Source: Mobula hypostoma (Eukaryota). Taken from it: a DNA stretch of 64,000 bases. The notes under the pieces are model-generated. The model was not told the origin of the DNA. It saw only the letters and a program-made list of their open reading frames with translations, and did not search any database. Below are positions 12,925-25,139 of the stretch, piece by piece. The position numbers were made by a program, and so were the translations under genes. Numbering within the stretch: position 1 is the stretch's first letter; every line of letters begins with the position of its first letter. The DNA is taken from contig NC_086097.1 in NCBI RefSeq assembly GCF_963921235.1, positions 80,602,001 through 80,666,000 of the forward strand, written 5' to 3'.

Positions 12925-13270
12925 GCCTAGATAGAATGGAAATGGGGAGGATGTTTTCGGTAGTGCAGGAGTTTACAATCAGAGGGGTCTAGTGTCAGAT
13001 GGAAGGACCTCCCTTTAGAAGTGAGATGAGGATGAATTTCTTTAGCCAGAGGGTGATGAATCTGTGGAATTCCTAGCCACAGACAGCTCTGGAAGTCAAA
13101 TCATTGGGTATATTTAAAGTGTAGGATGGATGGTTCTTGATTAGTAAGGGCAATAAAAGTTATGGCAGAAAATTTGGGTCGAGAGAGATAATAAATCAGC
13201 CATGATGGAATGACAGAGCAGACTCGATGAGCCAAATAGCCTAAATCTGCTCCTATATGTTATGGCCCTA
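12925..13270 (+). mobile_element. CR1-type LINE 3' end
   Basis: GAGATGAGGATGAATTTCTTTAGCCAGAGGGTGATGAATCTGTGGAATTC...CTGCTCCTATATGTTATGG, as at 52500-52780. Confidence 0.8.
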
Positions 13271-14429
13271 TGGACAAATGTTTACTCTATCTCTGTACAT
13301 GTGACAATAATAAATCTATTTGCCAATTTGCCAGATATTGTCCATCATTGGGTCTGGCATTTATAACTTTCCGCTGTGTTATAAAACTAACTCTAATTCC
13401 ATTAAATTTGGATAATAGTATCAATTTTGAGGCTTGTTACAGCTTTAGCTGCACTGTTACCGCTGGTATGGTAGCACACCAGACACTGCATCACGTTATC
13501 AGAAAGCTGCAGATTGTGGTGGTGTACAATTTTCTTGCTGCCAGCTTTGGGTTACCAGATCTATTCTGAGATTGTGTTATCTAGCACAATTCTCATCTAC
13601 ATGATGGAAGCCGTGCTTGTTATGAACACAGAACTTTGTTTCAAGAAGTATGCACTTCTATCAGATCTATCCTGGTTCACTGGCCACAGCTGGACTGGTG
13701 ATGTCAAGTAAGTTAATCTCACTTGATTTACCTCTCTCACTACCCGGTACAGCCTCAATCAGGCATCTATGTCTCATTCATTCATCTCCAGCCTGTATGA
13801 TGCTTCCAAGCCACTCTTGGTGATTTGCAGTGAAGACACCGGCCATACATTCTGGGCCCTCGCTGTCTGTCTACTTTTTCCAAGTGTTGCACCACATGAA
13901 GGAGCACTGATTCATCAGCTGACAGAGGATGGAAATATTTCCAAGCTGATGATGTCTGGAGCTGGCTTCTTTACTCATGCTTAGCCTTGTTATCAGCTAT
14001 ATTTTATAGTTAACCTACTTGTTCAAAGGAAGAGATCTTGCTATGATCTGCTATCATAGTGAATGCTACTGTGTTAGTTCAGGTCACACTATTTCTAGAA
14101 CCTTAGTTAAATTTTTCATTTCAATAACAGAATGATCACCCTTTCATCTGATTCATTTCTGAATAAAATTAGCCAATGTAAAGTAAGTAAAACCCCAGTT
14201 TTGCTGCTAATTGGAGACTTCTGTTGATTTTACTCTTTAAATAAATTATGGGGGACTAACAATGAACTTGATTTGCTTTAGATGGCATGAATGGAAGCAA
14301 AGGCAAACCTGATTGAATGCACTGATCAGCAGCATTATTTTAATAACTTTACATAATGCATGTACTTTTAAGACATTAATTAAGGAGGTCACAGGATTAA
14401 TATAGAATAGAAGGAACAATAATTTGAAT

Positions 14430-14730
14430 TAGAATTGGTTTATTATTGTCATATGTACCAAAATATAGTGAAAAGCTTGTCTTGTATACTGTTCATACAG
14501 ACCAGATCATTACACGGTGCATTGAGTTTGAACAAGGTAAAACAACGACAATGCAAAATAAAGGATAACACCTACAAAAAAGTGTATTGCAGGTAAACAC
14601 AAGCTCATAGCAAGGTAGACTGTGAGGTCAAGAATACATCTGATCATACTGGGATACCACTTAATAGAATATAACAATGGGGGACATTGGGGCTGGTGGT
14701 ACAAACGTACATGCTTTCAGGGTTTTGTAA
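14430..14730 (-). mobile_element. LINE 3'-end relic (Rex1/L2-type)
   Basis: Reverse complement resembles the 3' UTRs at 12810-12924 and 62600-62870. Confidence 0.5.
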
Positions 14731-15454
14731 CATTGTGAAGTTGCAAAAATGAAACAAAACACAATTCCTTTGCATGTCTCTCACCTTCACAGGGCCACAC
14801 AGAAAATCTCAGCAATGAACTTTTCCATGCTCTTTAGAAGTTGAGCACCATGGACAAGGTGCTTTTATGATACACGAGAAGAGCACAATGGCATCTGCAG
14901 CCTGCTGCTCATATCTAACCACTCTCCCTTTCTACACCCTTCCCACTCCTTCCTTAACAACCCTACTGCATCAAAAACTTCAATAAGTAATCAGCCTGAG
15001 AATTAGCAAAATTGTCACAAAGAAGGAACAGTGGATTTCAGTTTCAGATACATGATTCCTGAATAAGAATAAAGGTACAACAGTTTGAACAATTGTAATA
15101 CCCTACAGCATAAATCTAAGAGTGGCATACTAAATCAAATTCCTTACCCATCGCTAATGTTAGTCCAATGTCAAAATTATGTCATGAGGCTTCATACAAA
15201 AAGTCCTGCAGGCAATTATAGAAATGCAAGCTGCAGATTTCTGCTGTCAAAAGTGCCAACATGAAAAATTCTGACAGAGATGATCTTCAGGGTGACAGGC
15301 AAGTCTGCTGACTGGTCGCCTATAACTCACAACTACAGTCAAGTTTCTTTTAAAACTTTTAAGAGAGAATTTCTCAAGAGATGTTGGCATCACTGGCAAT
15401 TCCATCAAAGACTGCCGATTTCTAACTTCACTTGAATTGGAAACTGCTCAGGTA

Positions 15455-16280
15455 AGATGGCGGCATACATGGTTGTAGTGGCCTCTCTGGGTCCAACCAA
15501 AGGTGTAATTGTTTGTCCTTTATATCTTTTCTATGATCGCAAGACACTGGACCGCCAGGTACTACAGGTCCACCCCATCAGTGAGTTGCTCGATAGTGGA
15601 GTAGTTGGACTTGTTGCATACCACGTAACCACATGCCTCAGGTAGGTGTCAGAGTCGGTGCGCAGAGGTGGTGTGAGATCCATAAAACAATGCCTGTGAT
15701 TGCCTTAGATGCTTCTCTTGTGATCACAAGACCCTGATGGACATCGGTAATGTGTAATGCTGCAAGTCTGATTCACTGATTTATTGGAGAGATTGATGGC
15801 GGGGGAGTTGTGTGGCCTTGGTTGTAGTGGGGACTAGGCACTCCTGCCACGGGGTTGTCTCTTACAGCCGCACAGGGGAGGAAATGCCGGAGGCGGTGTG
15901 TCACAGTGGGGGTCCATGCAGGGTCAGGGGCTAGCCTCTCTTGCTGGTGCTGCCCCCCAGTGTTTGCTTGGTGGAAGACAAGCTGGATTGTGTTCGTCTG
16001 TGGCTGCACTAGTGTGTGATGATTGGATTGCTGCAGGCTTGTTCTTGATGTCAATATCCCATGAACCATCAATCTATAGGATATAACATTTGGGCTATAT
16101 TATTACTTTTTTGTGTGACTGTATGTTTACTGCTTATATGTGCCTTATGTTACTTGTGCTGTGTATGTGCTGTGTATGACTGTTGGCACTATGTTTTGCA
16201 CCATGGAACACTATTTTGTTTGGCTGTAGTCATGGGTATTCATACATGGTTGAATAACAATTAAACTTGAATTTGAACTT
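15455..16280 (+). repeat. Interspersed non-coding repeat with (TTGAAY)n tail, probably a non-autonomous non-LTR element
   Basis: GC-rich body starting AAGATGGCGGC; the 3' end (TTTGGCTG...TATTCATACATGGTTGAATAACAATTAAACTTGAA) is related to the reverse complement of 42798-42880. Confidence 0.55.
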
Positions 16281-17454
16281 TCTATCAACTTGGTGGGCTG
16301 AGGTTCATATGTCAGCCAGAACAGGCAACAGTGCCACTTTCTCTTACTTGAAGAACGTTAGCAAACTATATTAAACAAATGAAAAATTTCAAGTCTGTTA
16401 TTATGATATTTGCCTTTTGATACCAGTTGTAAATACTTGAATTTAATCCTTCAACTATCTGCTTCTGCTTCACAAGGTCCTCTTTACTTCATATGATCTC
16501 CATGATACCCAATGAAATCACTTAGTTGCTTAGAGCCTGAGTAAACTAATTTTTATCCTGCTCATTTGTCACTGCAAAGCTTATTGTTCAAAATTTTCTC
16601 TATTCATTATAGCTTGCTAACTCTCTGTCAAAAATGATGAAAAATATTGACTGTTCAATTTGACTGTGCAGCTGCTGTCTGCATTAATTAATGACCTAAG
16701 CAGAACCAAAATAAGCATTAGTTCTTTCTTGTTTAAAAACTACCAGAGTAGGATTGAAGTTGGACAGACATTTACCCTACTGGCATTTTATTCATCAGAG
16801 AGTACATCACAGTTTATAAGATGTCTGTTAGTGAAAAAAAGGTAGAAAATGACCTTTGATAATGAATAAAGTAGTAGAATGCCTGGTATGTTGTCATACC
16901 AAGGGAAAATAGTGCAGCTTAAACTGAAACAAATGCCACAATCGATACTGTCAGCCAAATCTAATGGAATTACATTTAATTTTACAACATTGCAACAAGC
17001 TACTAACACTATCTACAACAATGGACAATATCTATGCTTCACATAACTCTTCTCATCATCTCACTCAATACTATGTTCTGCATTCTGTTTTTCTTTTTGC
17101 TACCTCACTGCTCCTATGTATGGCATGATCTGCCTAAATGGCATGAAAATAAAAGCTTCTCACTGTACTCATAACAATAATAAGCTAATACCAATAATAG
17201 CATTATTTCACCTAATCCTATCAGTTTAACTTCCCACTGGTTTCTCAATTTTTTTTTCTTGAATGCATCCGTACCATTTACCAGAATAACATATCAAGTT
17301 GAAAAAAAACCACTATATCTCGATAAAGGTGATTCCACTGAATTCCTTATTGGATTCATTTCTTAACTTTTGTTTATGTTTCCTAGTCTGGGGCTTGCTC
17401 ACAAGGGGAAACATTGTGTTGATTTTAGTTTTGAACAGGAGAGTGCAAGTCAGT

Positions 17455-17745
17455 CAAGTTAAACCTCACAAGCAATATTCAGTATTTGTGGACTGTTGTG
17501 TTGATGGATCAAGGTCTCTTTGGGGCTCTGGGGCTCCTTCTTTTGCTTAAATGGTGATGGGGTGGGGGGTGGTGCTTCTGCAGGTGAGGTCACAGTGGGA
17601 GGCGTTGCTTTAGCTGCTGCTTGGGTGAAGGGAGTGGAAGGGGGGCTTTGATGATTCTCTGCGGTGTCTTGTTTTGTGGATGTCTGTGAAGAGTACGAAT
17701 TCCAGGTTGTATGCTGTATTCATATTAAGATGAACCTTTGAACAA
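17455..17745 (+). repeat. Interspersed repeat relic related to 48800-49120
   Basis: Shared GGGGGGCTTTGA...TTTTGTGGATG...GTGAAGA...ACCTTTGAA 3' end. Confidence 0.5.
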
Positions 17746-18249
17746 TTGACTATTCAGCGAGGCATCAAATATATATATACTGTATACAATACTTTCACCA
17801 AAATTCTACGCAATGCACCATTTGAATCCTATAAACCAAAATGGGATATAATGTGTTGTGAACAACTATTTGCTCTTTAGCAATAAATTATACTAATTGT
17901 AATGAATGGAAATTCCATAGAAAATGGAAAAGAGCTCCTTAGAATGAAGGTCATGAAAAATCTGTAAGAAGATATCTTATAATCTCAGAATAAGCCAAAG
18001 AATTCTGTATCTAATGAAGCACTGGCATGATTACAGTTATCATTCCGAGCAGTTAAGCTGTTTATAGAGCAGATTCCATTGCAATGCTAATATAGGGCAT
18101 TGATTTGCCTGCTCTTTGAGAAAGTCTCAGTCTTGTTTTTCAGTCCTTTGCTCACCAGTGAGCCGCAAAATGATCTGATTATTATTGTTTGTAATCAGAT
18201 CGCTTTCATTTTGCAAATTGTGAAGCTGAAATGTCCTTTTGATTCTGAA

Positions 18250-19085
18250 TAATCAGATTCAGAATCAAGTTTAATATCACTGGCATATGTTATAAAATTT
18301 ACAGCAGCAGTACATTGCAATATATAATGATAAAAAGCTATGAATTACAACGAGAAATATATATAAAAATTAAATTAAACAACTGGCGCAAAAGGAGAGC
18401 AAAAAAAAAAGAATATATATATAGTTAGGTAGTGTTGGTTGTTCATTCAGAAATCTGGTGAAGCCTGTTACTAGCTTGAAGAGTGTGTGTTTTCAGGCTG
18501 CTGTGCCTCCTCCGTGATGGTAGCAGGGAGAAGAGAGCATGTCCTGAGGGAGAGGGTCCATAATGTTGGATCCCACCTTTTTGAGGCATTGCCTTTTGAA
18601 GATGTCATTGATGTTGGGGGGGGGCTCATGCCCATGATAGGGCTTGCAGAGTCTGCAGCCTTCTGCAGCTCCATACCATCTGGTATTGCAACCAGGTCGA
18701 ATGCTCTACACTGTACACCTGTAGAAGTTCACGGGAGTCTTTGGTGACAAATCAAGTCTCTTCAAACTCCTAATGAAATATAGCTGCTGTCAAGCCTTCT
18801 TTGTAATTGCATCAATATGGTGGCCTAGGATAGATCTTCAAGATGATGCGACCCAGGAACTTGAAACTGCTCGTCCTTTCCACTGCTGTTCCCTTGACTT
18901 CCCCTTCCTGAAGTCCACAACCAATTCCTTGGTCTTACTGATGCTGAGTACAAAGTTGTTGTTGCAATGTCACTCAACCAATTGATCTATCTCCCGCCTC
19001 CTCATCACCATGTAATACTGTGTCATTGTTGAATTTATAGATAGCATTTGAGCTCTGCCTAGCCACACAGTCGTGGGTGTGAATT
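18250..19085 (-). mobile_element. Rex1/L2-type LINE 3' portion, decayed
   Basis: (GATTCT)-type tail at 18250-18270; reverse complement resembles 53190-53945 and 20600-20940. Confidence 0.7.
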
Positions 19086-20939
19086 AAGTTCCTATTAAAA
19101 TGTGAGAACACACTGCAATCATGCTGGTCTTAAAAGATTCTGAAGTGTTGTTTAATCAGAGTGAGGATCAATCACAATCAATAAACCTTCCAAGCAAGGT
19201 ATTTTTCAATTAATTCACTATGGCCTGTGTTCACAAATGTATCTTGTTAGCATTGATTGTTAACTGGAACTTAATATCATTGTAGGAATTATTTTGAAGA
19301 GCTGTTTAGATTTCATTGAATGATTGGCACAAAAAGAAAAAGAGATTTCCCAACACTTTCATGCAATCACAGAGAGTAAATTAAAACATGTAGGCCATCA
19401 TCGTCTGACCGGTGCTGGAGGATTTCTAGAATGAGATATCTGAAACAGGAACACCTGTGTACTGATGCAAAAAGAAATCTTGTAGCAACATGGGCTACCT
19501 ACTATTAGGGTTAGTTCTGAAAAGGCATTCAAAATGTATTTTGCATCAATTACATAGAATATGATGAATCCTATTAGCTGTGATTGTGACAGTTATTGGT
19601 TCTCACTCAGATTCAGCAACACTTCAGAATCTTTGCATGCAGCAGAATTACGGTCTGTGTACTCAATGGGAATTTAATTCCTGATTACCAGGTAACTCTT
19701 CAGGATGCATCAAGCAAAAGACATTGCTCGGATGAGCTCAATGCCTTTTATGCTTGCTTTGCCCACTGACAAGACGTGGAGGCACCTTCATGAATTCCCA
19801 GAGCCCCCGAAGACCCTGAGATTTCTGTCTCTGAGGCCAACTTGAGAGCATCTTTCAGGAGGGTGAACCCACGAAAAACATCAGGCCCAGATGGTGTACC
19901 TGGCCAAGTACTAAAGAACTGTGCTAATGAACTGGCTGGAGTGTTCACCGAGATCTTTAACCTCTCGCTTTGTCAGTCTTACGTACCCACCTGCTTCAAG
20001 CAGGCTTCAATCATACCCGTGCCGAAGAAAGATTTGGAAAACTGCCTCAATGGCTATCGTCCAGTAGCAATTACAATCAATGTGATGAAGAGCTTTGAGA
20101 GATTGGTCATTAAGTATATCACCTCCTCACTGAGGAGTGATTTGGATTCGCTCTAATTTGCCTACTGTCACAACAGGTTAGCAGCAGATGCCATTTCATT
20201 GGCTCTTCACTCAGCTCTGGAATACCTAGACAGTGAAGATGCATACATCAGGATCCTCTTCATTGACTACAGTTCTGCATTTCACACTACCATTCCCTCA
20301 AAACTAATCAATAAGCTCCAAGACCCAGGCCTCAATACCTCCTTATGTATCTGGATCCTGGATTTCCTCACCTGCAGACTCCAGTCAGTTCAGATTGGCA
20401 ACAACATCTCCACAATGACCATCCATCAGCACAGGTACATCACAAGTCTGTGTGCTTAGCCCCTTGCTCCATTCACTGTATACTTATGACTGTGAGGCTA
20501 AGTACAACTCCAATGCCATATTTAAGTTTGCTGGTGGTACTTCTGCTGTTGAATCAAAGGTAGTAATGAATTGGGATATAGGAAGGGACAGCAAAAATCT
20601 GGTTGAGAGGTGCCACAACAACAACTTCTCACTGAACATCAGAAAAAGCAAAGAGCTGATATTGACTACAGGAGGAATAAATTGGAGAGCCATGAGCCAG
20701 TGCTCATTAGGGGAGCAGTGTGGAGAGGGTCAGTAGCTTTAAATTTGTTGGCGTTATCCTATCAGAGGATCTGTCCTGGGACCAGCACGAAAATGCCATA
20801 TCAAAGACAGCGCAGCAGCATCTCTCCTTTTTTAGAGGTTTCTGCAGTTTTGGCATGTCATCAAAAACTTTAACGAACTTTTACAAAGAGCAGAATCCAT
20901 CATTAAGGACCCCACGATCCAAGCCACGCTCTCTTACAG

Positions 20940-21420
20940 TCATAGAGTCATAGAAAAGTACAGCACGGAAACAGGCCCATTTTTCCAGCTGAAGCAGATC
21001 CCTCTGGAAGCCATGATAACCTTCCTTGCTGTCTACTACACCCCCAGTCTTGGTGTCATCTACAAATTTGCTGAACCAGTTAACCACATTATCGTCAAGA
21101 TTGTTAATATAGATGACAAACAACAATGGACCCAGCACAGATCCCTGCGGCATTCCACTAGTCACAGGCCTCCAGTCAGAGAGGTAATCATCTACTACCA
21201 CTCTCTGGCTTCTCCCACAAAGCCAATGTCTAATCCAATTTATTACCTCATCTTGAATGTCGAGCAACTGAATCTTCTTGACGAACCTCCCACGTGAGAT
21301 CTTGTCAAATGCCTTGCTGAAGTCCATTAGGCAACATCCACTGCCTTACCTTCATCCATTTTCCTAGTAACTTCCTCGAAAAACCCTATAAGATTGGTTA
21401 GACATGACCTACCATACTCG
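20940..21420 (-). mobile_element. CR1-type LINE fragment with internal deletion (3' tail joined directly to RT core)
   Basis: ORF 20881-21327 has [48 protein letters not shown] tail at ~20941. Confidence 0.88.
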
Positions 21421-21492
21421 ATCGATGTTACCTTCAGGAAGGAGGTCTTAGATTCCATACCACTAGCTTCAGGAACACTTCAACCATCAGGC

Positions 21493-22965
21493 TGTCACAA
21501 TGGCGGGGCATTGGGAGCAAGGGTGGACCCAAATGCAAGACACATCTTGTGAGGTTACTTAGATTTAGTTTATTGTTTGATATCAGGAGAGCAAGGCAGG
21601 AGCAGGAGTAGCGAACTGGACAAGGACTGAGGACTATGACTAGGTTGGGACAAAGGGTCTGGGCTAGGACTTGGAATCGGCTCCCAGAACTAGAGGAGAC
21701 ATGAAGAGGCTAGGGTATGGACTCCGAGCCAGAGACTGGGCAAGGACCCGGTACCTGGGTCTTGCCTCGGGCTTGGACCCCAGAACCAGGCAAGGACATG
21801 ACATGGGCTAGGGAGAGGAGGAACATGGAACACAGAGCCTCGGTCTCGGGAGAGCAGGTACATGGAACCATGGACACATACACACATACACAGAACACAG
21901 AGTCGGGACCCCTCCTTGGGTACAGGACATAGGGCCGGGACTCGCACACAGAACAGAGAGCTGGGACCCCTCCTTGGGTACAGGACATAGGGCCGGGACT
22001 CATGACGCGGGGCAACGGCAAGACGGCCTGACTTACCCCACGGAGGCAAGGACAAGACAAGACAAGACACGACTCCCCGAGGGGCAACGGCAAGATGGCC
22101 TGACTTACCCCATGGAGGCGAGGAAAAGACAAGACAAGACCAACACGAATGAACACCAGACAGTACCTATCTAGCTCCGGTGATTGAACTAGACCGAAGT
22201 GCAGGCAGGGGCTGCAGACAAGGGCTAGAGGCGAGAGGGACAGAGAAGGGATTCAGACAGGGGGTAGGACAAGAATCACAGACCACCAGGGCCAGGACTT
22301 GACTCGGAACTGGGAAGCCGCCAGGACTAGGACTTGACATGGTACTTGAATGCCGCCGGGCCAGGACTTGGACGTGGTACTTGAGTGTCGCCAGGGCCAG
22401 GACTTGGACGTGGTACTTGAATGCCACCAGGGCCAGGACTTGGACGTGGTACTTGAATGCCGCTAGGGACAGGTCTTGGACGTGGTACTTGGATGCCACC
22501 AGAGCCAGGATGTGGACGTGGTACTCAGATGCCGCTGGAGCCAGGACGTGGTGCTTGGAACCTCCGGGTAGTGCCGAGCTCTCGACTTGGCTCGGGAACA
22601 GTAGACTGCGGCTCTTGATTCTCTCCGGCAGGTTAACTGATGGACCCACCTTGATGAGGAAACTTTGCAGGCTCGCTTTGGCGAGGTAACTGGACAGGGT
22701 TGCTCCAGTGAGGAGAGGCGAATTACCGGCACTCGCTTCGGGCGGAGACTAGGCTTGCTCCGGCCAGATGTCATTGGCACGCCGTACCTTTGCAGACACT
22801 CCCGCCCTGAACGGCTGAAAGCCGGAGACTATAAACTACCGATTCAGCTGAGTGTTAATTGCCTCTAATCACCAAAGTTGAGGGACACGGGAAACAGGGA
22901 ATCAACGGTCCGGATCGCAACATAAATAAGCTAAATTTAAAGGGACCCCGATCTGGACCATGACA
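21493..22965 (-). mobile_element. Solo-LTR-like or non-coding LTR derivative (1473 bp) rich in internal tandem repeats
   Basis: TGTCA...TGACA termini; perfect 5-bp TSD CAGGC (21488-21492, 22966-22970); AATAAA on the minus strand near 21570; no RT/integrase motifs. Confidence 0.8.
22285..22560. repeat. 36-bp minisatellite, about 6-7 copies
   Basis: Unit ~GGTACTTGAATGCCRCCAGGGCCAGGACTTGGACGT; GGTAC at 22341, 22376, 22412, 22448, 22484, 22520. Other 2-copy 50-60-bp repeats at ~21885-22140. Confidence 0.9.
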
Positions 22966-25139
22966 CAGGCTCTTGAACCAGCATGGACATCTTCACTCAC
23001 TGGAACACTGAACACAACCTATGGACTCACTGTCAAGGACTGACAACTCATGTCCTCAGTATTATTTATTTATTATTACTTGTTTCTTTTTTGTTTGCAC
23101 AATTTGTCAGTCTTTGTGTGTGGTTTTTAAAATGAGTTCGGTGTATTTTTTCTACTATGAATGCAACCAAGAAAATCTCAGGATAGCATTTGGTGACATA
23201 CACTTTTGATAATAAGTTTACTTTGAACTTTGCAAAATGGAAGAGAAAAGATTACAAATAATAACAATCAGTCAATTCAGAGAAAACAAGCATGTGACAT
23301 AATGAGATCATTTATGACTCTTGATTCCAATTTTCATCTAGCTCTTGACACACTTTCTTTCTCCAGTATATGTCTATCCAGCATCACCCTATCTGTATCT
23401 CTGCTATTCATTGGAACCGTCCCTGTGCCAGCAGCTTCAAACTTTTTCCCACATGCTGAGTGATGATATTCTACCTGAGTTCTTTATTCCTTTCAAGCAC
23501 TCAGCAGTGAAAGAAGGCTATATTCTACTCAAGAATCGCAAAATGTATGAACTGCACTTTTGCAGCCATTATTCAGAAACAGTCTGAACTGATTAAGAGA
23601 CTACAGACATGAGAGGGAAATCCATCAGTTGAAACTGTGGATAGTCCCTATTCAGCAAATTTTCTTCAAAACAATCCACCTCATTCCTCAAGAGAAATTA
23701 TGGAAGACATACATATTAATACGCACACAGTCACTTGTATTAAATTATTTTACTTACGATATTTACATAAGTACAATGTATTATTTGCTCAGTTTGAGCT
23801 TTAAAACAAACATGCACACGATATCTTGAAATGAAAATGCTAATGCTTAAATCTTGCTATAAGTATATTAAATAAAGCTCATGCCGTTGCCATATTATGT
23901 GACATTTTAAGAGGAAATCTGTTTGCTTGAAATACAGTTTCTTTGAGTTATTAACCGTTACTGTGACAAAATCAAATGCATGCCTCAGAATTTAGCTCAG
24001 AATGCCCATGATGGGTTCTGTAGAGATCTTTGGCATCCTCAAAACACGTCATTATTTGTACATTTACTAGGACTAGCATTAGATTATTGATTCAGGTTAT
24101 TGCTCAGGAAATTGATTATCCCCACTTTAGACTGGTAAATCCATGAATTAAGATCATTACAATAGTGCAAAATTATAGTTGTGTTTTATTTGAGAAACAT
24201 CTCCATGATTAAGAAGCAAAGATAATAATGTTTGCTCTGTAAATTTAACCAGCTACTGCAATGATCTGTGCTGTTACAATGATTAAAGCTTTTAAAGGAA
24301 CACACCCCATAGCTGTCCAGAAGCATCTATGGCACTAAGCTTGTTTTGAAGAGAGGTTCAGTGGGGATTAGGATATTCTGGTCAGGAAATACATGCCAGA
24401 AGGAGGAATTTTGCACTCTCAGGGTCAGGAAGCTGTCTAAGACTACCATCAGGGGAAGGTGACAGGAATCAGTGGAAATTCTGAGCTCTACGAGTGATGC
24501 CTTTCACCTTCACAGGGAGTTCCTCAGGATTGAGGATGACTTAGTTCCATTCAAATGTATTATTCATAAGGAAAAGGTTGAAGCTGATATGTTTCTACCA
24601 AACATGGGGCAGGAAGTGCCCAATCAAATGGGTATCATTTTCCTTGTGCCTTCCACTACTTATACAGAGATTCATTGTACTCCTAAGGTATGGATTTGAA
24701 TTTCTCAGTACCCATTCCAAATGTCTTTCTCCAACCGGAGAACCAGGTCAGTAAGTGAAGGATTGGACCATAAGGTAGATTGGACCATAAGGAAAGCATT
24801 GAAAGGCAAAATCAAAATCATAGGTATAATGGGTTGAATAGTTTGAAGTGCGTGTATTTTAGTGCTAGAAATATTGTGGGTAAACATGATGAGCTTAGAG
24901 CATGGATCAGTGCATGGAACTACGATATTGTGGCCATGACTGAAACTTGGTCGTGAAAGGGGCAGGAATGGGTGATTAACGTACCAGGTTTGTGAAGTTT
25001 TAGAAAAGTTAGAAAAGGAGGTGAAAGTGGTGGGGTTGGGAAGAGTATCACAGCTCGACTCAGGGGAGACATACTGGAGGGTTCTGACGCTGAATCAATT
25101 TGGGTAGAACCCAGGAACAGGAAGGGTGTAATTACACTG

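Larger units (their letters stand above)
19693..23232 (+). mobile_element. Rex1/Babar-like LINE, 5'-truncated, host to two later insertions
   Basis: RT fragments [62 protein letters not shown]...IFKFAGG; sequence continues across 20940-21420 and 21493-22965; tail ACTTTGAACTTTG at ~23221-23232. Confidence 0.85.

Noticed and set aside
15148..15206. Minus-strand AG...GTAAG-bounded segment
   Set aside because: Stop codons in all three frames; no support as a coding exon.
22285..22560. 36-bp periodic array that could be mistaken for a CRISPR array
   Set aside because: Units are contiguous with no unique spacers, there are no cas genes, and it lies inside an LTR-like element in eukaryotic DNA.
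23454..23506. 9-bp stem TGCTGAGTG/CACTCAGCA with a GTGATGA box C (C/D snoRNA?)
   Set aside because: Box C overlaps the stem and no CTGA box D sits next to the 3' arm; the geometry is wrong.
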